Below, piece after piece: positions 56,411 to 64,000 of a stretch of DNA of 64,000 nt. The translations under genes were made by a program, and so were the position numbers. The notes under the pieces were generated by a model. It searched no databases. It saw only the letters and a program-made list of their open reading frames with translations, and was not told the DNA's origin. Origin of the DNA: Actinophytocola sp. (GTDB lineage: Bacteria; Actinomycetota; Actinomycetes; Mycobacteriales; Pseudonocardiaceae); the NCBI RefSeq assembly GCF_049647105.1, contig NZ_JBARWZ010000147.1:10754-74753 (forward strand), read 5' to 3'. Positions within the stretch are counted from its first letter, which is position 1, and the number at the start of each line of letters is the position of its first letter.

Positions 56411-56422
56411 GGGGACTGTGGG

Positions 56423-57379
56423 TTAGAGCCAGCCTCGGTTTGCTGCTTGTACGCCTGCCTGGAAGCGGGTTGTGGCGCCTAGGCGGTCCAGTAGTGCGGT
56501 GATGCGGCGGACGACCGTCCTGCGGGACAACTGCAGGCGCCTGGCGATGGCCTCGTCGGTCAGGCCCGCCGCCATGAGCGTGATGATCGTGCGGTCGCGT
56601 TCGGACAGTCGCACGCTCGGCTCCGCCGCGGTGACCGGCACCCCGAGTGTCCACAGTGTCTCGAACAGGCCGCAGAAGGCGTTCAGCAGACCGGAAGCGT
56701 GCACCACGAGCGAGCCGGCCACCCCCGACCGCGCCGGTTCCGGGATCAGCAGCGCGATGTGGTCGTCGCCGATGATGAGCTTCACCGGGAGGTCGGCGAG
56801 CACGCGGGCGTCCTCGCCCGCCTCGATCATCCTGGTCATGCTCGCGAACAGGTCGGCGTCGCCGTACACCGCCTGCTGGTACAGCGTCCGATAGGCGACA
56901 CCGTCCGCCATGCGCCTGGCCTGTAACGACTCCTGCGCCGCGAACCGCTCCGGTGTACTGCGGTAGGGCGGGCGGTCCAGCCAGCGGATCCGTACCCGCG
57001 CCCGCTCCTGCACCCGCTCGGTCAGCGTGAACAGCTCGGTCAGGTCCGCGACCGGCTCGACGTCGGAGGGCCTGCCAACGTCCTGGCGCGCGATGCGGTA
57101 CAGCTCGTCCAGTTCGGCGCCCGCGCGCCACAACGCGGCCCTCCTGGCTTCCTCCGCGCGCAGCACCTCCGACATCACGCGAACAGGCGGCCGCGCCACC
57201 CACCCTTCTCCTGTGCGGGTGACCGCGCCGAGGTCGGCCAGCTCCACCAGCACCCGCAGAGTGTCCGATATGGACAGTCCGGCCGCGGCCGCCAGTCTGT
57301 CCACATCGGACGGACCGATGCCGGTGAGCGCGCGGTACACGCGGCCCTGGTCGTGGCCTGGATCGAGCACGTCGTACAC
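56423..57379 (-). CDS. LuxR-family transcriptional regulator with N-terminal TrmB-like wHTH
   Basis: The C-terminal LSERDRTIITLMAAGLTDEAIARRLQLSRRTVVRRI is a LuxR HTH. GTG 57379 lies 5 nt after GGAGG. Confidence 0.85.
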   Translation of the reverse strand: MYDVLDPGHDQGRVYRALTGIGPSDVDRLAAAAGLSISDTLRVLVELADLGAVTRTGEGWVARPPVRVMSEVLRAEEARRAALWRAGAELDELYRIARQDVGRPSDVEPVADLTELFTLTERVQERARVRIRWLDRPPYRSTPERFAAQESLQARRMADGVAYRTLYQQAVYGDADLFASMTRMIEAGEDARVLADLPVKLIIGDDHIALLIPEPARSGVAGSLVVHASGLLNAFCGLFETLWTLGVPVTAAEPSVRLSERDRTIITLMAAGLTDEAIARRLQLSRRTVVRRITALLDRLGATTRFQAGVQAANRGWL

Positions 57380-57538
57380 GAGGACCTCCGGGTGGCTCAG
57401 TTGCGCTATGTCGCAGGTGAGCCAGGGGACAGGTCTGGCAATGATCGCATCACACTGTCACGATCCGAGTAACGGAAATCCCAGACAGTTGGTTGAAGCT
57501 TCACAAATCGACTGACCCTGCCTGTCGAAGGAGATCCC

Positions 57539-58162
57539 ATGCGCAGGATCACCGTCAGCGTGGTGGCCGTCGCGGCCGCCGCGACCACCATGTTCGCCGC
57601 GCCACTCGCGGCCGCCGCCCCACCGGACGCACGGCCGGCCGACGTCCATGTCGCCGGCGAGCACGTGCTGCAGGTGGACTACCAGGTCCAGGAGACCGGC
57701 TACTGGTGCGGCCCGGCCGCCACCAGAATCGCGCTCTCGGCCCGCGGTGTGTACCGCAGCCAGGGCGACCTCGCCGCCGAGCTGGGCACCCACACCGGCG
57801 GCACCGACCACATCGGCCAGGTCACGAACGTCCTTGGCGGCTACGTCGGCTGGTACGAGACGAAGGAGATGCCCAACGACCCGCCAACGCAGGCGCAACG
57901 CGACCTGCTGTGGCGCGACATCGTGCTGGACATCGACAACGGCTACGCGATCGTGGCCAACATCGTCGCACCGCCCGGCAACCAGCCGCCCGGCTACCCG
58001 CCCGGCCAGACGATCTACCACTACTTCACGGTCATCGGCTACAACGACGCCAACATGACCGTGCTGATCGCCGACCCGGCCTCGTTCAGCGGCAACCAGA
58101 TCTACTGGCTCACGTTCAACCAGCTGGCGACGCTCATCCCGCCGAAGGGCTACAGCGCCTGA
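57539..58162 (+). CDS. Secreted papain-like (C39-like) peptidase-domain protein
   Basis: Signal peptide ...PLAAAAP. Q.TGYWCGPAATRIAL provides the catalytic Cys context, and HYFTVIGYN the His context. The RBS GAAGGAGA is present. Confidence 0.7.
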   Translation: MRRITVSVVAVAAAATTMFAAPLAAAAPPDARPADVHVAGEHVLQVDYQVQETGYWCGPAATRIALSARGVYRSQGDLAAELGTHTGGTDHIGQVTNVLGGYVGWYETKEMPNDPPTQAQRDLLWRDIVLDIDNGYAIVANIVAPPGNQPPGYPPGQTIYHYFTVIGYNDANMTVLIADPASFSGNQIYWLTFNQLATLIPPKGYSA

Positions 58163-58177
58163 CCGTCCCACTGTCCT

Positions 58178-58222
58178 ACCGCGAAGTCCCCGCATGGCGG
58201 CGCCATGCGGGGACTTCGCGGT
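58178..58222. terminator. 45-nt perfect palindrome (accgcgaagtccccgcatggcg-g-cgccatgcggggacttcgcggt)
   Basis: 22-nt arms read directly, 16 nt after the peptidase stop and before the antiporter start. Confidence 0.7.
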
Positions 58223-58250
58223 AGTGCGCCGGACGGCGGATGATGGTCAT

Positions 58251-60125
58251 GTGCACATCGCGGCGGAGATAGTGGCGCTGGTCGTGGCGGTACTCGTCGT
58301 CACGGCGGTCGCGCGCAGGCTGGACTGGTCGGCACCCCTGTGCCTGATCGGGGTGGGCGTGGTCGCGTCCTACATACCAGGCGTCCCGGAATACCACCTG
58401 TCCGCCGAGTTCGTGCTGGTCGGCCTGCTGCCACCGCTCCTGTACTCGGCCGCCATCCAGACCTCGCTGCTGGACTACCGCAAGATGCGCGGCCCGATCG
58501 TGCTGCTGTCGGTGGGGCTCGTGGTGTTCACCGCGTTCGGGGTTGGGCTGGTCGCGTGGGCCGTGGTGCCGGGGCTGCCGCTGGCAGCGGGCATCGCGCT
58601 CGGCGCGGTCGTCGCACCGCCGGACGCGGTGGCGGCGAGCGCGGTCGCGCGGCGGGTCGGCATGCCGCGCAAGCTGGTCCGGCTGCTGGAGGGCGAGAGC
58701 CTGTTCAACGACGCCGCGGCACTGGTCGCGCTGCGCACGGCCATCGCCGCCATCGCCGGGTCGGTGACGTTGTGGCAGGTCGGCCTCGACTTCGTGCTCG
58801 CCGCGGTCGGCGGCGGGGTCGCCGGCGTGGTGGTCGGGCTCGCGGCCTCGTACGTGCGCAACCGCCTCGATGACCTGGTGACCGACACCGCGCTGTCGTT
58901 CGTGGTGCCGTTCGTCGCCTACCTGCTGGCCGAGGTCGTGCACGGGTCGGGGGTGCTCGCGGTGGTGGCGAGCGGGATCATCATCGGCCACAAGTCGCCG
59001 ACCATCCTGTCCGGGCAGGCCCGCCTCGCGAGCAGGCACAACTGGCAGACCATCCAGTTCCTGCTGGAGAACATGGTGTTCCTGCTGATCGGCCTGCAGC
59101 TGCGGCAGATCGGCGAGGAGGTCGCCGACAGCGACCTGTCCGGCGTCGCGATCGCGGGCATCTGCGCCGCCGTGCTCGGCGCGACCATCCTCACCCGCGT
59201 GCTGTGGATGCTCGGCATCGGCACGATGAAACGGGTCAGGAGGAAGCTCACCGGCACGCGCGGGCACGTGTGGCCATGGACGTACTCCGCGGTGCTCGCG
59301 TGGGCGGGCATGCGTGGCGTGGTGACCCTGGCCGCCGCGTTCATCCTGCCCGCCGACACCCCGGAACGGGCGGTGCTGGTGCTCGCCGCGTTCGTCGTGG
59401 TGGCAGGCACGCTCGTCATCCAGGGCACGACGCTGCCCGCCCTGGTCCGCTGGCTGCGGCTGCCGCCACCCGACCCGGCCGAGGACGCGCTGCAGGAGGC
59501 GGCGGTGCTCAACGACATGGGCAAGGTCGCGCTCGAACGGCTGGCGGAGATCAGCACGCCGGAGGACTCGCCGGAGGTCATCGACCGGCTGCGGGCCCGG
59601 CTGCGGGACCGCACCGACGCCGCGTGGGAGCAGCTCGGCAGGCAGAGCACGCTCGCCGAGACCCCCAGCGACGCCTACCGCAGGCTGCGCACCGAGCTGC
59701 TGGTCACGGAACGCGAGCAGGCCCTGAAGGCCCGCGACAGCGGTCAAGCCGACGATGTGGTGCTGCGCAGGATCCTGGAGCGGCTCGACATCGAGGAGTC
59801 GATGCTCGACCGCGAGGACGATCAGTCCGACACCGACCGTGAGCTGCACACCCCGGTGGCGACGGCCGGGTCGTGCAAGCACCTCGACCACCCGTGGAAG
59901 GACGTGCGGCCAAGCGCGACCGACAGCTGCGCGGCCTGCGTCGAGGAGGGCACCACGTGGGTGCATCTGCGGATGTGCCTCAAATGCGGCAATGTTGCGT
60001 GCTGTGACTCATCCCCGCGCAAGCACTCCGCCCGGCACTTCTACGACACCCGGCACCCGGTGATGCGCAGCTTCGAGCCGGGCGAGACATGGCGCTGGTG
60101 CTACGTAGACAGTCAGCTGGGCTGA
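58251..60125 (+). CDS. CPA1-family Na+/H+ antiporter fused to a C-terminal UBP-type zinc finger
   Basis: The probable start is GTG 58251 (VHIAAEIVALV), downstream of the palindrome; the track start at 58194 lies inside the hairpin. The polytopic exchanger core contains LFNDAAALV. The last 80 or so residues, CKHLDH...C.AC...WVHLRMCLKCGNVACCDSSPRKHSARHFYDTRHPVMRSFEPGETWRWCYVD, form a zf-UBP module. Confidence 0.85.
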   Translation: MHIAAEIVALVVAVLVVTAVARRLDWSAPLCLIGVGVVASYIPGVPEYHLSAEFVLVGLLPPLLYSAAIQTSLLDYRKMRGPIVLLSVGLVVFTAFGVGLVAWAVVPGLPLAAGIALGAVVAPPDAVAASAVARRVGMPRKLVRLLEGESLFNDAAALVALRTAIAAIAGSVTLWQVGLDFVLAAVGGGVAGVVVGLAASYVRNRLDDLVTDTALSFVVPFVAYLLAEVVHGSGVLAVVASGIIIGHKSPTILSGQARLASRHNWQTIQFLLENMVFLLIGLQLRQIGEEVADSDLSGVAIAGICAAVLGATILTRVLWMLGIGTMKRVRRKLTGTRGHVWPWTYSAVLAWAGMRGVVTLAAAFILPADTPERAVLVLAAFVVVAGTLVIQGTTLPALVRWLRLPPPDPAEDALQEAAVLNDMGKVALERLAEISTPEDSPEVIDRLRARLRDRTDAAWEQLGRQSTLAETPSDAYRRLRTELLVTEREQALKARDSGQADDVVLRRILERLDIEESMLDREDDQSDTDRELHTPVATAGSCKHLDHPWKDVRPSATDSCAACVEEGTTWVHLRMCLKCGNVACCDSSPRKHSARHFYDTRHPVMRSFEPGETWRWCYVDSQLG

Positions 60126-60141
60126 CCACGAGGAGGACGAG

Positions 60142-60546
60142 GTGCGAGACGACATCGACAGCGAATCCAACCTGCTGGAACCGGAGGACACCCTCATCGA
60201 CCGTGGCGTGCCCGACGTGCTCGACGAGGGTTACTCCCCCGCCGAGCGGCCGTCGGACTTCACCACCGAGCACGAGGCCCTCGACACCCGCCTGTCCCGC
60301 GAGCTGCCGGAGACCGAGGGCGACGACACCGACGGCATCGGCGACACCACGGACACCGACGGCGAACCGTACGACGACGAGGTCGGCGTGAGCAGGTCAG
60401 GCCGCCTCGTGGCCGACGACGAGGGCACCGACACCCGCACCGACGGCGACACCGACGCCTACCTGTACGCCAGGGACGTGGGCATCAACGGCGCGGCGGC
60501 CTCAGCGGAAGAAGCCGCAATCCACGTCGTCCAAGACGAGGACTAA
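60142..60546 (+). CDS. Acidic DUF5709-like protein
   Basis: GTG 60142 follows AGGAGGA. Very Asp/Glu-rich, with the blocks LLEPEDTLIDRGV.DVLDEGYSP.E and AEEAAIHVV. Confidence 0.65.
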   Translation: MRDDIDSESNLLEPEDTLIDRGVPDVLDEGYSPAERPSDFTTEHEALDTRLSRELPETEGDDTDGIGDTTDTDGEPYDDEVGVSRSGRLVADDEGTDTRTDGDTDAYLYARDVGINGAAASAEEAAIHVVQDED

Positions 60547-60573
60547 CCCGCAGCGCGAACCGCAAGCTAACCC

Positions 60574-60702
60574 CGCGAGTCCACCGTCCAGAACCCGCGA
60601 GTCCACCGTTCAGAACCCGCGAGTCCACCGTTCAGAACCCGCGAGTCCACGGTTCAGAACCCGCGAGTCCACGGTTCAGGACCCGCGAGTTGGCGGTTCG
60701 GG
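60574..60702 (+). repeat. Tandem array, about 6 x 22 bp, same family (CGCGAGTCCACCGTTCAGAACC)
   Basis: Units start at 60574, 60596, 60618, 60640 and 60662, with a decayed partial unit at 60684. The array begins 28 nt after the DUF5709 stop. Confidence 0.9.
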
Positions 60703-60707
60703 AAAAA

Positions 60708-60782
60708 GCAGCGCCCGGCAGCGCGAAGCGCGGCAGCGCCCGGCAGCGCGAAGCGCGGCAGCGCCCGGCAGCGCAGCGCGGG
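60708..60782 (+). repeat. Second tandem repeat, about 3 x 25 bp (GCAGCGCCCGGCAGCGCGAAGCGCG)
   Basis: Unit starts at 60708, 60733 and 60758; the third unit is shortened. It directly abuts the 22-bp array. Confidence 0.85.
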
Positions 60783-61039
60783 GGCAACGGAGCGGAGCCC
60801 TTCTTAACGCTCAGCCTGTTCCGCTGGTGGTCATGTTGGGTGGTCGCGCGGTGGGTGTGGCCTGGTCACGCCCGCTTCGCGGGTGCCGGGCGCTGCGTGC
60901 CCGGCCCGCGCGGCGGGCTTCGTCCGCCGCGCCGCGCGAGGCGCGGCGAAGTCCGGCATGGCGATTGGCTCGATTTCCGGGACAGCGCCGGGGGTTGCCG
61001 GCCGACCGCCGTGCGAACCCGGAGCGAGTGAAGGCGCGA

Positions 61040-61318
61040 TCAGCCGGTGACGCCGCCCACGGTCACCTTCCACGCACGCAGGTAGCGGTCCTTCGTCACG
61101 TCCAGTTGCGTGAACGGGTCGCCCGCGACGAGGTTCTCCGCCGCCGCATGGTCTTCCGCGTCGAGCAGGATCGCGCCGCCAGAGCCGTCCTCGTACGGGC
61201 CCGCCGCCACGAGCGAACCACCATCACGGAGTGTGTTCAGGTACGCGACGTGGTCGTCGCGGCGCTGGGCGCGCAGGTCGGTCTCGTGGTAGCCGTACGT
61301 CAGCAAAAACAGTGCCAC
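61040..61318 (-). CDS. YciI-family protein
   Basis: 92 aa. LFLLTYGY...R...R..H..YL......G.L...GP......G..ILL.A.....E.L...DPF is the YciI pattern. GTG 61318 follows AAGGAGA. Confidence 0.85.
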   Translation of the reverse strand: MALFLLTYGYHETDLRAQRRDDHVAYLNTLRDGGSLVAAGPYEDGSGGAILLDAEDHAAAENLVAGDPFTQLDVTKDRYLRAWKVTVGGVTG

Positions 61319-61330
61319 GGGGTTCTCCTT

Positions 61331-62212
61331 CTACAGTGCGTAAACCCGCCGGGCGGTCCCGGCGAGGATCGCGGCCTGGCCGGCCTCGGGTAGGTGGGCC
61401 ACCGCGTCGCGCCACGCGGCGACGAGCGGCGGCATCGACGTCCACAGCTTCTCGACGGGGAAGTTGGTGCCGAACATGGCGCGGTCCGGGCCGAACCAGC
61501 CGAGCGTCTCGGCCGCGACGAACGCGATGAACTCGCGATCGACGCGGTGGACGAAGGTGCCCTGCCCGGTCAGCTTCACCACCACGTTCGGCAGCTGCGC
61601 GAGCCGCGCCATGCCGTCGCGCCACTCTCGCACGGTCGCGGGTGCCAGATCGGTCAGCATGCCCGCGTGCACGAGCACGAACGTCACGTCCGGGACGGCC
61701 GCCACCAGCTCCGCCGCGTCGGCCATCTGCCCGGGGAACACCTGCAGCTCGAACACCCAGCCCAGTTCCTCCAGCGACGCGATGTTCCTGCGCAGGACCG
61801 GGTCGTTCATGCGGTTCGGCGCGGACGCGAACCGGAACTCCTCCCGCTCGTGCCAGTGCAGCTGCAGCCGGGTGCCCCGCACGACCGGCAGCGTCGACTG
61901 CTGCTTCAGCACGTCGACGGCGTCGGGGCTGAACAGGTCCGCGCTGCCGACCACCGCGGTCGGCCAGCCGGTCCGCTCGTTCAGCTCGGCGAGCCACCGC
62001 ACCTCGGCGAGCACCCGGTCGAGCGGCCAGTTGGCCTGCACGTACACCGACTGCGTGATGCCGCCCGAGGTGGCGTCGGCGATGTACTCGTCGACCAGGT
62101 AGTCGCGCTTGATCGGCTCGTACGGGCCGAAGATCCGCGGCACCATCGGCCCGGACAGCCACGGCATGTCCCTGGTGCGCCACACGTGGTGGTGCGCGTC
62201 GACTATCTCCAT
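61331..62212 (-). CDS. Amidohydrolase-2 family (TIM-barrel metal-dependent hydrolase)
   Basis: ATG 62212 (MEIVDAHHHVW) follows GGGAGAG; the track start at 62635 is an extension. The DAHHH metal motif, VLVHAG and FGTNFP are present. Confidence 0.85.
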   Translation of the reverse strand: MEIVDAHHHVWRTRDMPWLSGPMVPRIFGPYEPIKRDYLVDEYIADATSGGITQSVYVQANWPLDRVLAEVRWLAELNERTGWPTAVVGSADLFSPDAVDVLKQQSTLPVVRGTRLQLHWHEREEFRFASAPNRMNDPVLRRNIASLEELGWVFELQVFPGQMADAAELVAAVPDVTFVLVHAGMLTDLAPATVREWRDGMARLAQLPNVVVKLTGQGTFVHRVDREFIAFVAAETLGWFGPDRAMFGTNFPVEKLWTSMPPLVAAWRDAVAHLPEAGQAAILAGTARRVYAL

Positions 62213-63288
62213 GCGTTCTCTCCCTTGAGAAGCTGTTCGCACGCCGACGCGAGGTCGTCGACCCCCGCGAGCACGTCGATGTCCCCGGCGACCGCGGCCA
62301 TGCCCCTGGTCAGCGGCCGGTACGCCGGGTCGCTGGCCAGCGGCGACCACCACACGAGCCGGTGACCGAGCAGCGCGAGCCGCCGGACCGCCCGCGTGAA
62401 CGGCACGCAGTCGCCGCGTTCCAGGCCGTCGGAGGCAACGAGCACCAGCGCACCGCGTGCCATCCGCAGATGCCTCGGGTTGGCGAGGAACGCCTGCAGC
62501 GACGGGCCGATGCGGGTGCCGCCGTCCGCGTCGCGCACCAGGTCGGCCAGCGCGGCGCCCGCGTCCCTGGCACGCAGCGCGGGGGTGACGTGGGTGAGCC
62601 GGGTACCGAACGTGAACACCTCGGCGCGGTCGCACGTGGCCACGACCGCGTGCGCGAACCGCAGGTACGCGGCGCTATACCGCTTCATCGACCCGGACAC
62701 GTCGATCAGCACCAGCACGGGCCGCTGGCGTCTCGGGTGTGTGCGCCACCGCAGCCGCACGACCTCGCCGCCGGTGCGCCACGCCTCGCGGTGCACGCGT
62801 CGCACGTCGAGGCGGTCGCCGCGGCGGGCGGGCCTGCGGCGGCGCGACCGGATCGTCGGCACGGCCGGGGGCAGCAGCCTCACCACCCTGGCCAGGTCGT
62901 CGTCGGCGACCCGTGCCTGCCGGTCCGCACTGGACCAGCTCGCCGTCGTGCCGTCACCCTCGCGGGTGACCTCGTCGGGTGGCGGGCCGTCGTCCGCACC
63001 GCCGCCGCGGTCCTCCTCGCCGGGTGCCTCGACCGCCGGGACCGTCGCGGCGCCGGTGCCGAACCAGCGTGCGAACACCGGGTCGAACACCTCGGTGTCG
63101 GCGACCGAGCCGGTCAGGGTGGCGTGTGCGATCCAGTACAGATGACCTGGATCGCGCGGCGGCACCACGGTGAGCGCGTGCAGGAAGTCGCGCTGCTTGG
63201 GCACGGGCACGGCCAGGCCCTGTTCGCGCAGCTCCCGCAGGAAGCCACGCACGTGGTCGCGAGCGTGCGATGCCGCAAGCTCGTTCAC
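62203..63288 (-). CDS. VWA-domain protein, CoxE-like (MoxR partner)
   Basis: GTG 63288 forms a GTGA overlap with the MoxR stop. VLVLIDVSGSM is the MIDAS motif, with later FTFGTRLT and VLVASDGLERGD. Confidence 0.85.
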   Translation of the reverse strand: MNELAASHARDHVRGFLRELREQGLAVPVPKQRDFLHALTVVPPRDPGHLYWIAHATLTGSVADTEVFDPVFARWFGTGAATVPAVEAPGEEDRGGGADDGPPPDEVTREGDGTTASWSSADRQARVADDDLARVVRLLPPAVPTIRSRRRRPARRGDRLDVRRVHREAWRTGGEVVRLRWRTHPRRQRPVLVLIDVSGSMKRYSAAYLRFAHAVVATCDRAEVFTFGTRLTHVTPALRARDAGAALADLVRDADGGTRIGPSLQAFLANPRHLRMARGALVLVASDGLERGDCVPFTRAVRRLALLGHRLVWWSPLASDPAYRPLTRGMAAVAGDIDVLAGVDDLASACEQLLKGENAWR

Positions 63289-64000
63289 GGCGCGATCAGC
63301 TCGTCGAAGTGCTCGTGGACGGCCGCGACGTCCGCCTCGTCCTTCACCAGCAGCCCGAGCGCCCTGCGCAGCGCCACCGGCCACGGGTCGCCGTCCCCGA
63401 GGAGGGTCACCGCACCGCGCGCCCACTCGACGGACTCCGCGATCCCGGGCCGCTTCAGCAGGTCGAGGCGTCGGACACCCGACACCGCACGCACCAGCGA
63501 CCCGGCCGCGTCGTCCTCGATGGCCGGGACGTGGGCACGTACGATCGCCCGCTCGCGGGCCGGGTCGGGGAACGGGATCCAGTGGTACAGGCAGCGCCGC
63601 TTGAGCGCGTCGTGCAGCTCGCGGGTGCGGTTGGAGGTCAGCACGACGACCGGCGGCACCACGGCCTCGACCGAGCCCAGCTCGGGGATCGTGATCCGGA
63701 AGTCGGCAAGGAACTCCAGCAGGAACGCCTCGAACTCGCTGTCCGCGCGGTCGACCTCGTCGACGAGCAGCACCGAGGAGCTCCGCAGTGACCGCAGCAG
63801 CGGCCGGGCAAGCAGGAACTCCTCCGCGTACACGTCACCGATCTCGCCGCCCCGCAAGGCAAGCAGCTGCCGGGGATAGTTCCACTCGTACAGTGCCTGC
63901 CCGGCGTCGAGCCCCTCGTAGCACTGGAGCCGCACCAGTTCGCGGTCCAGCACGCGGGAGAGCACGGCCGCGATCTCGGTCTTGCCGACGCCCGGCTCAC
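63285..64000 (-). CDS. MoxR-like AAA+ ATPase (5' end beyond the window)
   Basis: The frame is open to base 64000, where EPGVGKT (Walker A) is read. Walker B is VLLVDEVDRA, and sensor motifs VVVLTSNR and RRC are present. Confidence 0.9.
   Translation of the reverse strand, partial: EPGVGKTEIAAVLSRVLDRELVRLQCYEGLDAGQALYEWNYPRQLLALRGGEIGDVYAEEFLLARPLLRSLRSSSVLLVDEVDRADSEFEAFLLEFLADFRITIPELGSVEAVVPPVVVLTSNRTRELHDALKRRCLYHWIPFPDPARERAIVRAHVPAIEDDAAGSLVRAVSGVRRLDLLKRPGIAESVEWARGAVTLLGDGDPWPVALRRALGLLVKDEADVAAVHEHFDELIAP

Noticed and set aside
54804-57203. 799-aa minus-strand ORF spanning the MFS gene, the repeat array and the LuxR-type gene.
   Set aside because: It runs antisense through the MFS gene and straight through the 22-bp array. 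The genuine LuxR-type gene is in a different frame (56423-57379).
1-64000. tRNA, rRNA, transposase, integrase, phage or defence-system genes.
   Set aside because: No T-arm-like GGTTCGAATCC contexts with a cloverleaf neighbourhood, no rRNA-like conserved blocks, and no DDE, tyrosine-recombinase or serine-recombinase motifs were seen. The MoxR/VWA pair at 62-64 kb is the common CoxE-type housekeeping pair with an amidohydrolase and a YciI gene, not a recognisable defence module.

Overview
High-GC, actinomycete-type chromosomal segment. I saw no rRNA, tRNA, transposase, integrase or CRISPR. The left two-thirds (about 0.6-43.7 kb) is one dense secondary-metabolite and metal-homeostasis neighbourhood. 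In order it holds a type II thioesterase with a 61-aa ORF, a SARP regulator, and a 4266-aa type I PKS (loading module plus two extension modules). Next come a SARP-led sub-operon with FcoT/ScoD-like and FadD10/ScoC-like genes, then a fused E1-YcaO cyclodehydratase plus SagB-type dehydrogenase with no visible precursor gene. These are followed by a NarL-type two-component pair and an ECF sigma factor (SigC-like by recollection) with a divergent zf-HC2 anti-sigma. A long, translationally coupled minus-strand operon follows: Rv0097/ScoE-like dioxygenase, carrier protein, C-A-T-TE NRPS, MFS exporter and siderophore-type ABC importer. The block ends with an alpha/beta hydrolase, a Cu P1B-ATPase with a His-motif membrane partner, and a siderophore-interacting reductase. 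Together these supply all five core functions of isonitrile-lipopeptide (chalkophore) pathways, but split into two blocks and interleaved with a modular PKS and RiPP-type azole machinery. An identical GGAACC-N16-CGACTACT ECF-type promoter motif precedes both the anti-sigma gene and the isonitrile/NRPS/transport operon. The right third (44-64 kb) carries ordinary accessory and housekeeping genes. It also contains several internally deleted gene remnants and three arrays of one 22-bp tandem repeat (12, 9 and about 6 units), one of which replaces the middle of a methyltransferase gene. All family assignments rest on motifs read by eye and on recollection, not on database searches.
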